NCBI RefSeq assembly: GCF_024320785.1
Contig: NZ_JANDBC010000001.1
Coordinates: 737,309 to 769,308, forward strand
Length of the DNA: 32,000 bases
DNA from: Gracilimonas sediminicola
Lineage (GTDB): Bacteria; Bacteroidota; Rhodothermia; Balneolales; Balneolaceae
Reading direction: 5' to 3'
Shown here one piece after another: positions 1-10,200 of the stretch. How positions within the stretch are numbered: the first letter of the stretch is position 1; every line of letters begins with the position of its first letter. The translations under genes and the position numbers were made by a program. Under the pieces are notes generated by a model. It was not told the origin of the DNA and searched no databases. It saw nothing but the letters and a program-made list of their open reading frames with translations.

Positions 1-2867
1 GTCAATTTATCAACAGGTCCACGAATTCTGCCAACTTCGAAGTCTCGGTAAACAATCAACAAATTGAAACGGTGAATATCCGGGCTATTTCCTGCTTAAG
101 CAGCTGTGGGAGCTGTTATAACTGTAGTTCCGGGGATTCCGGTGTGGAGGGCTCCTTCAAAACCAGTTTCACCCCATCTATTCAAGATGGAATTATTGAG
201 GCTGAGGCTACTTATAATCACAGCGAATCAAGCTCAAGGGGCTTTTTGGACTGGTTCCGCGTGGTAGTTCGCAGAGAACTTCAGGCACAGAATAATCATC
301 TGTATTTCTATTCCCCCGCCGATGGTTCTTCCAGTGAACTTGCTCAATACCGGCTCTCCGGGTTTGACAACCAGCCTGTCATTCTTGATGTAAGTAATGT
401 AACCCAACCGAAGCTATTGAGTTCAACCGGATCTAACGGAAATTATAGCTTCAATTATTATTCAGGGGATGACTTACGGTTTGTGGCTCAATCCAGCTTT
501 TTCGAGCCGGCCATGGGCACTTTAGTAGCCCCTCAAAACCTGAAAGGAATTACCGATTACCCTGACTATATCATTGTTACCTCCGAAGAGTTTCGGGAAT
601 ATGCCGAAGACCTTGGAAATTACAGGGCTCAAAAGGATGGATTAAATCCCGTTATTGTAACCCAGGAACAAATATTGAATGAGTTTTCGGGCGGGGTTGT
701 CGATCCATCTGCCATTCGTGATTACACAAAATTTTTGTACGACCGTGCTTTGAACAACGGGCAGGAGCCTCCAAAATATTTGCTGCTTTTTGGGGATACC
801 ACCTTTGACTACAAGAACATTATCAGCAATGGCTTCCAAAATTATATCGTCACTTATCAAAGTGATGAATCGCTGAATAGAATACAGTCTTTCGCTACCG
901 ATGATTTCTTCGGTTTTCTGGATGACAATGAGGGAGATTTAACCGGTGGGCAGACCAGCAACTCGCATTACCTGGATATTGGATTGGGCCGAATTTCTGC
1001 ACAAACACGGTCAGAAGCAGCAATAGCCGTCCAAAAAATTAAAACCTACGAAGATCCGGCCAACACTGGCAGCTGGCAAAACCTGTTAACCTTTGCTGCC
1101 GATGATGACTTCCCTGATTCCGGCGACCGAGACATACACGTAGTTAATGCCGATGAAACGGCCCAGCGTATGAACTTCATAGAGCCTGGACTACGAATCA
1201 AAAAAGTGTATGAATTTGCCTACCCGGTTGAGATTACCGGATCGGGACGAAAAATACCCGGTGCCACCGATGCTTTCATAAGTTCATTTAACGAGGGTAC
1301 GCTGGTTATGAATTATTCGGGCCACGGAAACGAGCAGACGCTGTCTGATGAGGAGTTATTCCTGTCCAATTACATTCCCAACCTGACCAACCGCGATCAG
1401 TTAGCTGTGCTTGTAACAGCTACTTGTCAGTTCGGCCGATACGACGATATCGATGCCCAATCTGGTGCTGAGCAACTACTTTTTGCAGAAAACGGTGGTA
1501 TTGTAGGAGCATTTACAACCACCCGGGTCGTCTTCACAAGTTTTACCATAAGTGCAGGAAATAACTTCGGATTGAACGTAGCCCTCTCCCAACGCATGGT
1601 TGAACGTAATCCCGATGGAAGCCCACTTCGATTGGGTGATATTTACATGCGTACAAAAAATTCCAGTATCGGCAGTTCTACCGTTGTTGCTTCCCGGAAC
1701 AGTAAAAAATTCATTCTTATTGGTGATCCCGCTACAAAATTCCGCCTGCCTGAGCAACAAGCCGACCTGACATCCATCAACGGCTACACAGAAACCGGTG
1801 AAGATACCACACTCACCATAAAGGCTCTTGATCAGGTTAACCTGGCCGGACAGATAAAAGACCTGCAGGGAAATCCATTACCAAATTATAGCGGAGAGGC
1901 GGTTATTACGGTTATGGACGCCCCTCGTAACGTGCCTCTGCCATCTGATCGAGAATGGGTTGCCCAGGACAACTGCCGGCTTTCTGGCTGTGATTATGAA
2001 TCGGAGAACGATATTCTTTTTAAAGGCAAGGCCGCCATCACTAACGGGGAGTTTACCTCTTCTTTTATAGTACCAAAAGACATCAGCTTTTCAGATAACA
2101 CCGGCCGTATCATTTTCTTTGCTAACAGCAATGGACAAACTGCAGGCGGCTCATATACAAAAGTACGCTTTAACGGAGTTAACGAAAACGCGGTTGACGA
2201 CGGGTCGGGACCACAAATGGATGTATTTCTGAACGATGAACGCTTTGTAAACGGAAACCTGGTGAACAGTTCACCAACACTGATAATTGAACTTGAAGAT
2301 CAATCTGGCATAAACACTACAGGAACAGGAGTAGGACATGAAATAATTGCTACAATCGATACAGAACCACAACAATCGTTCGTCCTCAACGATTTTTATG
2401 AGGGCAGTTTAAATGATTTCACGCGGGGGCGTATCGAGTACCCTCTGGATCAACTTCCGGAAGGTAGCTATACCCTTAAAGTTCGAGCGTGGGATGTGCA
2501 CAATAATCCTTCAGAAGAAGAAGTTTTCTTTGAAGTAGCATCGAGTGAGGAGTTAACCGTCAGAAACGTGTTTAACTTCCCTAACCCGATGAATAATGCC
2601 ACCCGATTCAGCTTCGAACATAACCAGCCCGGTAATCCACTTGACGTATCAGTTCGTATTTATACACTGAGTGGCAAGCCGGTCCAACACATTGAACAGT
2701 CACTCATAACTACAAGTTCTTATGCCAGTATTTCATGGGATGGCCGTGACCGGGATTATGATCGCCTGGGTAACGGTACTTATATTTATGTGCTTCGGGT
2801 TGCAACAAATACCCCGAAAGGAAGACAAACAGCAGAGCAAGTCGAAAAGCTCGTAATCATACGATAG
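1..2867 (+). CDS. porU: T9SS sortase PorU (C25/gingipain-family cysteine peptidase), 5'-truncated by the window edge
   Basis: The frame of track ORF 72..2867 stays open back to nt 3 with no stop, so the GTG at 72 is not the true start. Clan-CD dyad motifs are present: NYSGHGNE (His codon 1323-1325) and VTATCQFG (Cys codon 1425-1427). The C-terminus has a T9SS-type CTD (FNFPNPMNNATRFSF...KLVIIR). porV follows directly, which is the canonical pairing. Confidence 0.85.
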   Translation, partial: QFINRSTNSANFEVSVNNQQIETVNIRAISCLSSCGSCYNCSSGDSGVEGSFKTSFTPSIQDGIIEAEATYNHSESSSRGFLDWFRVVVRRELQAQNNHLYFYSPADGSSSELAQYRLSGFDNQPVILDVSNVTQPKLLSSTGSNGNYSFNYYSGDDLRFVAQSSFFEPAMGTLVAPQNLKGITDYPDYIIVTSEEFREYAEDLGNYRAQKDGLNPVIVTQEQILNEFSGGVVDPSAIRDYTKFLYDRALNNGQEPPKYLLLFGDTTFDYKNIISNGFQNYIVTYQSDESLNRIQSFATDDFFGFLDDNEGDLTGGQTSNSHYLDIGLGRISAQTRSEAAIAVQKIKTYEDPANTGSWQNLLTFAADDDFPDSGDRDIHVVNADETAQRMNFIEPGLRIKKVYEFAYPVEITGSGRKIPGATDAFISSFNEGTLVMNYSGHGNEQTLSDEELFLSNYIPNLTNRDQLAVLVTATCQFGRYDDIDAQSGAEQLLFAENGGIVGAFTTTRVVFTSFTISAGNNFGLNVALSQRMVERNPDGSPLRLGDIYMRTKNSSIGSSTVVASRNSKKFILIGDPATKFRLPEQQADLTSINGYTETGEDTTLTIKALDQVNLAGQIKDLQGNPLPNYSGEAVITVMDAPRNVPLPSDREWVAQDNCRLSGCDYESENDILFKGKAAITNGEFTSSFIVPKDISFSDNTGRIIFFANSNGQTAGGSYTKVRFNGVNENAVDDGSGPQMDVFLNDERFVNGNLVNSSPTLIIELEDQSGINTTGTGVGHEIIATIDTEPQQSFVLNDFYEGSLNDFTRGRIEYPLDQLPEGSYTLKVRAWDVHNNPSEEEVFFEVASSEELTVRNVFNFPNPMNNATRFSFEHNQPGNPLDVSVRIYTLSGKPVQHIEQSLITTSSYASISWDGRDRDYDRLGNGTYIYVLRVATNTPKGRQTAEQVEKLVIIR

Positions 2868-2921
2868 CATCGTAACTTAACCCTGAATCTCTTATATTCA
2901 ACTATCTTAAATTCGTTTTTT

Positions 2922-4067
2922 ATGAAAAGGACAGTATCCATTATAGCAGCAGCATTATTTTTAATGCCTGCCATCACATATGCACAGGTTGCCATTACAG
3001 CGGTGCCCTTTCTACAAATTGAACCGGATTCACGCGGTGCCGGTATGGGTAACACCGGAGTAGCTATTGCAGACAATGCATCTGCGCTATTTTGGAATCC
3101 CGCCGGTTTAGCCTTTCAAAAAGGTAATAACCAGGCCAGTATCACCCACTCGAACTGGTTGGCCAACTTTAACGTGAGTGACCTTTTCTACGATTACGTG
3201 GTAGGCAAATATTACGTTGAAGGCATTGGCACCTTCGGTGCTCACTTAACTTACCTGAACCTGGGAGAGCAAGTGGAAACGGATGAAACAAGTCCGGAGC
3301 CGATCTCCCGATTCCAGAGCTATGAAGTGGCGCTCGGTGGATCTTATGGATACCAGGTGAGTAAAAACTTTGGGGTTGGAACCAGTCTTCGCCTTATTTA
3401 CTCCAGTTTAGCCAGCGGTACTTCCATCGCAGCCCAGAAAGTAAATCCGGGAAGTAGTGTGGCTGTAGACCTTTCCTTCTTATATAAGACGGACACGTTC
3501 TCGCTTGGAGGAAGAGATGCACGTTTTAGCTTTGGATCAAACCTATCAAACCTCGGGCCCGGCATCCAGTACACCGACAACGCCCAGAAAGACCCCCTGC
3601 CAACTGTACTGCGCTTCGGGTGGTCGTTCGATCTTGATCTGGATGATGAAGGCATTAACCGCATCACCGTTGCCAACGATATTTCCAAAATCATGGCCCG
3701 TACCGATAAGTTTGAAGTGCAAAGCGGTGACTCAACCGTTATCGAAACCAAAGCTGTAGGTCCCATTGAAGCCCTTTACAAGTCATGGAGCAGCTTCGAG
3801 CGTTTTGACGGACAGAATACTGTCGAGGTTGGGCTGATGCAGCAGTTTATGATTGGAGCCGGTATTGAATACTGGTATGCGGATCAATTCGCTCTGCGTG
3901 GCGGTTATTATTTCGAAGATCCCCAAAACGGTGATCGTGAATACATTACTTTTGGCGCCGGTATCCGCTATAGTTTTCTGGGTGTTGACTTCAGTTATAT
4001 AAAAACGCTTGAAGAAGATCACCCACTTGCCAACACCCTGCGATTCAGTTTGCTTATTGACTTTTAA
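2922..4067 (+). CDS. porV: T9SS outer-membrane shuttle/channel protein PorV (LptO)
   Basis: 381 aa with a signal peptide (MKRTVSIIAAALFLMPAITYAQ). It carries the hallmark N-terminal PorV motif VPFLQIEPDSRGAGMGNTGVAIADNASALFWNPAGLAF. The rest shows a beta-barrel-like alternating pattern ending in F (RFSLLIDF). It lies directly downstream of porU. Confidence 0.9.
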   Translation: MKRTVSIIAAALFLMPAITYAQVAITAVPFLQIEPDSRGAGMGNTGVAIADNASALFWNPAGLAFQKGNNQASITHSNWLANFNVSDLFYDYVVGKYYVEGIGTFGAHLTYLNLGEQVETDETSPEPISRFQSYEVALGGSYGYQVSKNFGVGTSLRLIYSSLASGTSIAAQKVNPGSSVAVDLSFLYKTDTFSLGGRDARFSFGSNLSNLGPGIQYTDNAQKDPLPTVLRFGWSFDLDLDDEGINRITVANDISKIMARTDKFEVQSGDSTVIETKAVGPIEALYKSWSSFERFDGQNTVEVGLMQQFMIGAGIEYWYADQFALRGGYYFEDPQNGDREYITFGAGIRYSFLGVDFSYIKTLEEDHPLANTLRFSLLIDF

Positions 4068-4070
4068 TAC

Positions 4071-7000
4071 ATGCAGCATTTGAAGTTTTTCATGAGGAGC
4101 ATGTTAGTTTTTAGCATGCTCTTTCTATTTTGGAACCGCCACACCCACGCTCAACAGATTCCCGTTAAGCGTTCTCACGCTATTTCCAAGCCCCAACCGG
4201 TAATGAGTGAGAACCTGAACGCGACCGGAACGCTTAATGTGGTTGCCATTATGGTTGAATTTCAACCGGACAGTAATCGTCTGACTTCCGGAACCGGGAT
4301 TTTTGGCCCCGATGGCATGGACGGACTTCCTTATTTGGCTAATGCTGAAGACTTCCGGATTGAACCCCTTCCGCACAACCGAAGTTATTTTGAAGCTCAC
4401 CTTGAGTTTGCTAAGAACTATTATGAGCAATCCTCCGATGGTCAGTTAACTATCGATTATCAGGTACTTCCGACTATTTATCAGCTCCCGAAAAAAATGG
4501 AGGAATACTCCCCAACCGGAGAAACCTTTACGAACGAAAAAGTAGCCGAGCTTGCCCGCGATGCCTGGCAAGAAGTTGAAAATGGTCCAAATTTTGATGC
4601 TTCCGGACTGGATCCTGAAACCACTGCTTTTGTCATATTCCATGCCGGGGTTGGGCGCGATATTGAGCTAACGGGCACTAATCTAGACATAACCCCTTTT
4701 GACATCCCTTCCCTTTACCTTCGAAAAGAAAATCTTGGGCAGCTTCTAAATGATCCTTCTTTTAACGGATTTACTGTAAATGATGGCTCGTTTCGTGTCA
4801 CAAACTCCATGATTCTCCCAAGAACAGAAACACGCCGCGGGCTTGATATTCAGGATAATGAATTCGCTTTTCCCCTTTCCATAAATGGGCTTTTGTGTGC
4901 ATCTATTGGAAGTCACCTTGGCTTACCGGATTTATTCAACACTGAAACCGGAGACCCCGCAATTGGCCGCTTTGGATTGATGGATGGAGCCGGATTCTTT
5001 TCCTACAATGGACTGCTTCCTCCCGAACCTTCTGCCTGGGAAAAAATGTATTTAGGATGGGAAACCCCTTTTGAAATTGATGTGAACCAAGCGGGTGATA
5101 TTCAGCTTCCGGCAAATTCCCTCGATCAACCTAATGCCATTGCAAAATACAAGCTCTCCGATTCCGAGTATTTCCTGATTGAAAACAGGCACAGAGATCC
5201 CGATGGAACCGGAATTACGCTGACTATCCGACAACCCGATGGCAATGAAGTTCAGCAAACCTTTACCAATCAGGATGAAGCCTTTGTATTTCAGCAGTCA
5301 GAGTTCGACACTCTTCTGCAGGCCGGAACTTTTGTGAATGCCTCAAATTTTGATTTCAGCCTTCCGGGCGGACTGGATGTCGGAGAAAATGAAAACGACC
5401 CGTCTGATGACAGAGAACTTAATGGCGGGATTCTGATCTGGCATATTGACGAGGCCATGATCAACCTGCAGCTACAAAATGAGCGTGTAAATGCAGACCC
5501 TGCACGGCGTGGCGTGGATTTGGAAGAGGCCGATGGTGCCCAGGATATAGGTCCCGGAGTACCCGGAGCACTGGATAACAGCGCCGCTTTTGGATCCGCT
5601 TTTGACTTTTGGTGGAGTGGCAACGACTACCGCGTGATTTTGCAATCGGGACAGGAGCTCAGCTTCTATCAAAACAGGTTCAGCTCCGACACCCGCCCGG
5701 ATAACAAAAGCAATTCGGGGGCTCCCTCCTTTTTTGAGCTGTACGATTTTTCCGATAATCTCCCCACAGCTTCGTTTAAAATCCGCCCAGACGAACCCAA
5801 TTCCGATTTATATACCTCGGACTTTACGGTACAGCTGGATTCCTCCCAAAGCTATTTCACCGGCGATGATCCCTACTTCAATTACTTTCCGCTTTCCCTG
5901 TCTGTTTATGAAACCGCAACCGACACTTTTTTGATTGTTCCTTCTCAGCAATCGGTGACTGCTCTTTCTACTTCTGATCCTGAGAACATGCAGTTTCAGC
6001 TTTCTGATGCCCCTGTTCAGCAGCCATTTATTGGAACTGAATTGGTATTGGGGGGAAAGCCCGAAGCAGGCACTCCTGATATTACGATCGCTTCCGTTTC
6101 ATGGAACTCAAATACCCAACAATTTGACACCAGCTGGACAGCTACGCTCCCGGCCAACCGTGGCTTTCTGAGCTCTCAAACCGGCGAAACTATTTTAGCT
6201 GATTTTACTGATGCGGGATTGACGGCCGATAACGGTAACCCTACCTCAGAAGGGATTCCTCCTTTTCAACGCTCTGAAGTTATCAGTGGTGAGTTTTCCG
6301 AAGCGTATGATTCCGGCGTTTCATTCTCATCCTTAAGCGGGTATGCTTATACACCTGTATCTGATCAAAACCGGCTCTATACAGGCGCAATCATGCTTGG
6401 TAACCGGGTCATGTTCTATGTTTTTGAAGATAACCGGTTTGTATTGGTTGATCCTGAATCCGACCAAAGAGAGCTCCCTGTTTTTGAAGAAACAGCCGCT
6501 GAATGGCCGGCAATCCTTGACGATGCCACTACCCTTCGGGTTGATAAAACCAATAATCAGCTCATTGCAAATAACCGGCTTGGATCTACAGAGGATTATT
6601 ATCCCGTAGATGCACCGGACGGTGTGCAGTTTATTGGTACTCCACTATACACCGACCTGATAGCATCCGGTTCGGAATATGCAACATTGGTCGTCGGTCA
6701 GGATAGTCTGTCCCAAAACATTTTTGCTTACAACAATCAAGGACAGCTGATTGATGGCTTCCCGCTTTATGTTGGTAAGGCAGTGACCTCTATGACTCAG
6801 CCTATTCACCCGATTATTTACAGAGGAAACTTATATGCCGTCAGTCATGACGGAACGGTGAAATCATGGAATCTGACTCAGGTTACCGATACCAAATGGG
6901 CAACCCGATATGGGGAGGCCCCATTCAATAAGGTATCAGCCCGTGTTCAACCTTCGGAAAATGAAACTCCTTCCGGTTTTGGTGTTCTGAATGAAACAGA

Positions 7001-7265
7001 AACCTACAACTGGCCAAACCCGGCAACAGATCATACCAACATACGTTTTGAGCTTGCAGAACCCGGCGGGAACGTCCAGATTACGGTAATAACCATGAGC
7101 GGACGTATCATTTTTGAACAATCCCTTAGCTCTCCCGGAGGCTTTCCTCAGGAAGTTCAGGTTCAAACCGGTGACTGGGGAAGCGGAGGATACGTTGCCC
7201 GTGTTAAAGCCACCGTTGACGGTAAAACTGAAACCAAACTCATTAAAATCGGAGTCGTGCATTGA
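4071..7265 (+). CDS. T9SS cargo protein with an M6 (InhA-like) metalloprotease-like domain lacking HExxH, plus a C-terminal Por secretion tail
   Basis: 1064 aa with a signal peptide. The M6-domain-like start is LNVVAIMVEFQPD. The block ASIGSHLGLPDLFNT...GRFGLMDGAGFF...PSAWEKMYLGWETP matches the M6 pattern HExxHxLGLPDxYD...W.LM..G...P...A..K..LGW as I recall it, but the HExxH residues are A/S/S here. The C-terminal CTD is NWPNPATDHTNIRFEL...KLIKIGVVH. The gene starts 3 nt after the porV stop. Confidence 0.75.
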   Translation: MQHLKFFMRSMLVFSMLFLFWNRHTHAQQIPVKRSHAISKPQPVMSENLNATGTLNVVAIMVEFQPDSNRLTSGTGIFGPDGMDGLPYLANAEDFRIEPLPHNRSYFEAHLEFAKNYYEQSSDGQLTIDYQVLPTIYQLPKKMEEYSPTGETFTNEKVAELARDAWQEVENGPNFDASGLDPETTAFVIFHAGVGRDIELTGTNLDITPFDIPSLYLRKENLGQLLNDPSFNGFTVNDGSFRVTNSMILPRTETRRGLDIQDNEFAFPLSINGLLCASIGSHLGLPDLFNTETGDPAIGRFGLMDGAGFFSYNGLLPPEPSAWEKMYLGWETPFEIDVNQAGDIQLPANSLDQPNAIAKYKLSDSEYFLIENRHRDPDGTGITLTIRQPDGNEVQQTFTNQDEAFVFQQSEFDTLLQAGTFVNASNFDFSLPGGLDVGENENDPSDDRELNGGILIWHIDEAMINLQLQNERVNADPARRGVDLEEADGAQDIGPGVPGALDNSAAFGSAFDFWWSGNDYRVILQSGQELSFYQNRFSSDTRPDNKSNSGAPSFFELYDFSDNLPTASFKIRPDEPNSDLYTSDFTVQLDSSQSYFTGDDPYFNYFPLSLSVYETATDTFLIVPSQQSVTALSTSDPENMQFQLSDAPVQQPFIGTELVLGGKPEAGTPDITIASVSWNSNTQQFDTSWTATLPANRGFLSSQTGETILADFTDAGLTADNGNPTSEGIPPFQRSEVISGEFSEAYDSGVSFSSLSGYAYTPVSDQNRLYTGAIMLGNRVMFYVFEDNRFVLVDPESDQRELPVFEETAAEWPAILDDATTLRVDKTNNQLIANNRLGSTEDYYPVDAPDGVQFIGTPLYTDLIASGSEYATLVVGQDSLSQNIFAYNNQGQLIDGFPLYVGKAVTSMTQPIHPIIYRGNLYAVSHDGTVKSWNLTQVTDTKWATRYGEAPFNKVSARVQPSENETPSGFGVLNETETYNWPNPATDHTNIRFELAEPGGNVQITVITMSGRIIFEQSLSSPGGFPQEVQVQTGDWGSGGYVARVKATVDGKTETKLIKIGVVH

Positions 7266-10200
7266 TGAGAAGATTTAAGCTAATTTCGGTTTTATTTCTG
7301 CTTCTGGGGCTGGCTCCATTTTTATCTCAAGCCCAAACAGATGTGCGGTTCTACGATTATCCCATGAATCACCTGGATTGGTACACCATCGAAAGTGAGC
7401 ACTTTCTGGTGCACTTTCAGGAAGGCAACAGCCGCTCGGCACAGGTCGTCTCCCGCATTGCAGAAGAAATCCACCCTCCGATCACAGACCTTTACCAATA
7501 CACCCCGGATGAGAAAGTAAGTATTGTGCTCAAAGACCGGGAGGATTACTCCAACGGCGCCGCTTACTTCTTCGATAACAAAATTGATATCTGGCTTCCT
7601 GCTTTAAACACTCCCCTGCGTGGCACTCACAACTGGCTGCGAAATGTGATCACCCACGAATACACTCACATCATCCAAATTCAGAAGGGGATGAAGCGGA
7701 GTCGCAAAATTCCGGCTTTCTACTTGCAGTGGCTGTCGTACGAAGATGTGCGTCGCCCTGATGTGCTTTACGGGTTCCCCAATGGCATCATAACCATGCC
7801 TTTTGCAACGGTGAATATCCCGGCCTGGCTTGCCGAGGGTACGGCTCAGTATCAAACAGCCGGGCTTTTATATGAAACGTGGGACAGCCACCGCGATATG
7901 ATTTTACGAACGCGCATCCTTACTGACACCTACTTTTCGCTTCAGCAAATGGCTACTTTTTCCTCCAAAACCAGCCTTGAGCGTGAAACAGTATATAATC
8001 AGGGCTATGCTTTTGTTATTTACCTGGCTAATCGTTTTGGGGATGAAGTACTGAGAGAAATCACTTCTTCCCTTGGTGAAAAAGGCGTTTATACCGTTGA
8101 AGAAGCCATTAAAATGGCAACCGGACTGCCCGGTAATGAAGTTTTTAATGACTGGATTGATGAACGCAAAGACTTTTATGCAACAGCAACGGAAGGCATC
8201 AACCCAACTCTGAGCGATACCGTTGAGAAAGCCGGTTTCTTCAACTTTTATCCGCAACAATCCCCGGATGGTTCCAGGCTGGCTTATCTCTCAAACAAAG
8301 GCGTTGACTATGGTTTGCTCTCCTTATATCTGAAGGATCTTGACGGTAACGAAAAGGAAGTAGCGGTGATAGACGATCTTGACTTCCACCGGCCCAAAAA
8401 CCATGTGAGTTCTTTGGAGCCGATACTCACTTTTCTGGAATCTTCATTTTCCTTTTCCCCGGACGGCAATCAGATTGCCTATGCCATCAACAAGAAGAAT
8501 AAATATGGAGAACATTACCGGGATATTTTTATTTACGACATCAAGTCGGAAGAGAATAAACGCCTTACAAACAGTGCCCGTATCGAGTCCCCTGCCTGGA
8601 ATAAGGATAACAACAAGATAGTAGCCGTTCAGTATTCGCGCGGTACGCAGAATCTGGTGCTGCTTCACCCCGAACATCCTGACTCGGTAACCCGGCTAAC
8701 CAACTACCAAAGTGGAGAAACAGTGTATACTCCTGAATGGGGACCAACCGATTCAAAAATTTATTTTGCCAAAGCTGTAAATGGAAACCGTGACATCTAC
8801 CTTCTCGATGTAGAATCGGGCGTGGTTCTTCCCTACTTATCAGATAAGTACATCGATTATCGGGATCCTCATATTGGTCCTGATGGCAACTACCTCTACT
8901 ACTCGGCCAATCCTGAAGGTATCTTCAATATCTTTCGAGTTCCGCTGAGCAGTGGAGAATCGCAACAGCTTACCAGTGTAATGGGTGGGGCGTTTATGCC
9001 TTTTATCGGGGAAGACGGAATTCTTTATTTCTCAGAATACCACGCAGACGGGTATAAGATTAAGTCATCGCTGGAGAACAGGCTGCTGGCACAACCCCGT
9101 TTTGGTTATTATGAGCCTCCGTTTCCGGATGAAATCATGGAGCCGGGAGCTGACTTTGAGTACATCAACAAGCTTAATGATTTTGATGATACCGACATCC
9201 GCCCCTTTGGTGAACAGGCAGAAGCCATTGCCGACACCGGCAGTTATCGTTTTGAGTTGTCCACCATTGATGATGACATGGAAAGAACCTACCGCGAATA
9301 CGAAGATACCTATTCCGGGTTCAGCTTTTTCCCGGTGCTTCGGTTTGATAACTACTCCCAGGTCAATGGAAATAACGGCTCACTGATCAGAAATGGGAAA
9401 ATCGGGCAGTTTGGAGAGAACCTGCTTCGGGATGCCAAACCCGGTGTTTATTTTTCTTCTCGGGATGTGATAGACAAACTGAGTTTATTTGGTGGATTGA
9501 TGGTAGGAGTGGCCTCACAACCGGCTGAAAGCATTGGCGGTTTCTTCCGCCCTGACCGACTTTTTGGCCTGGACCGTGATGCATTTCTGATTGCCGAACA
9601 CCGCGGGCTCCCTTTTATAGAGCGCAGCTGGTCCCCAACGGTAGCGCTCGAAATCTATAACCTTCGCCGTAATGTATCAGACGGATTGTCGATTGAAGAA
9701 TTTCGCTGCACTTCCTGCGGCCGGCCCGATACCATCTCTGTGGATATTGCTTATGATATCTGGGAAGCCGGTTTATATTTCAGGAGCAAACTGAGCAGAA
9801 GAAGTATGCTGGAGTTGGGAATTGCTTACAGCCCTTACCGGGTCTCCACCGACGACTTCTATTCCCGGGAACTGAAAGCACAAGTAAGCGGATCTTCTTC
9901 ACAGTACTTTCGAGGCACTACCTTATCCGCATCCTACACCTTCGATTATTACACCTACTCAAACGATGCCGACATTGCCCCGCTGGGTTTAAAAGGATAT
10001 GCACGCTATCAATATCAACCCTCCAAATTACTGGAAGAATATGAAATTGATGATGGATCCCTCTCCCCCGTTTTCAAGAACTCCAATAATCACTCCACAG
10101 AAATTCATATGCGATATGGATTTAAAACATTCGGTGATCAGGCGTTTCAGGCTCGTGTAAGAGGCTTTCACTACTTTAATAACCCCGGCGATTCTTTTTA

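Noticed and set aside
1-74. GTG at 72 as the start codon of the first ORF (track ORF 72..2867)
   Set aside because: The frame is open with no stop from nt 3. The visible part already lacks the N-terminal region and signal peptide expected for PorU, so the gene simply continues off the left edge.
3398-4079. Internal and antisense small ORFs within porV (3398..3766 -, 3505..3759 +, 3783..4079 -)
   Set aside because: They are nested in a confidently identified gene and show no independent signals.
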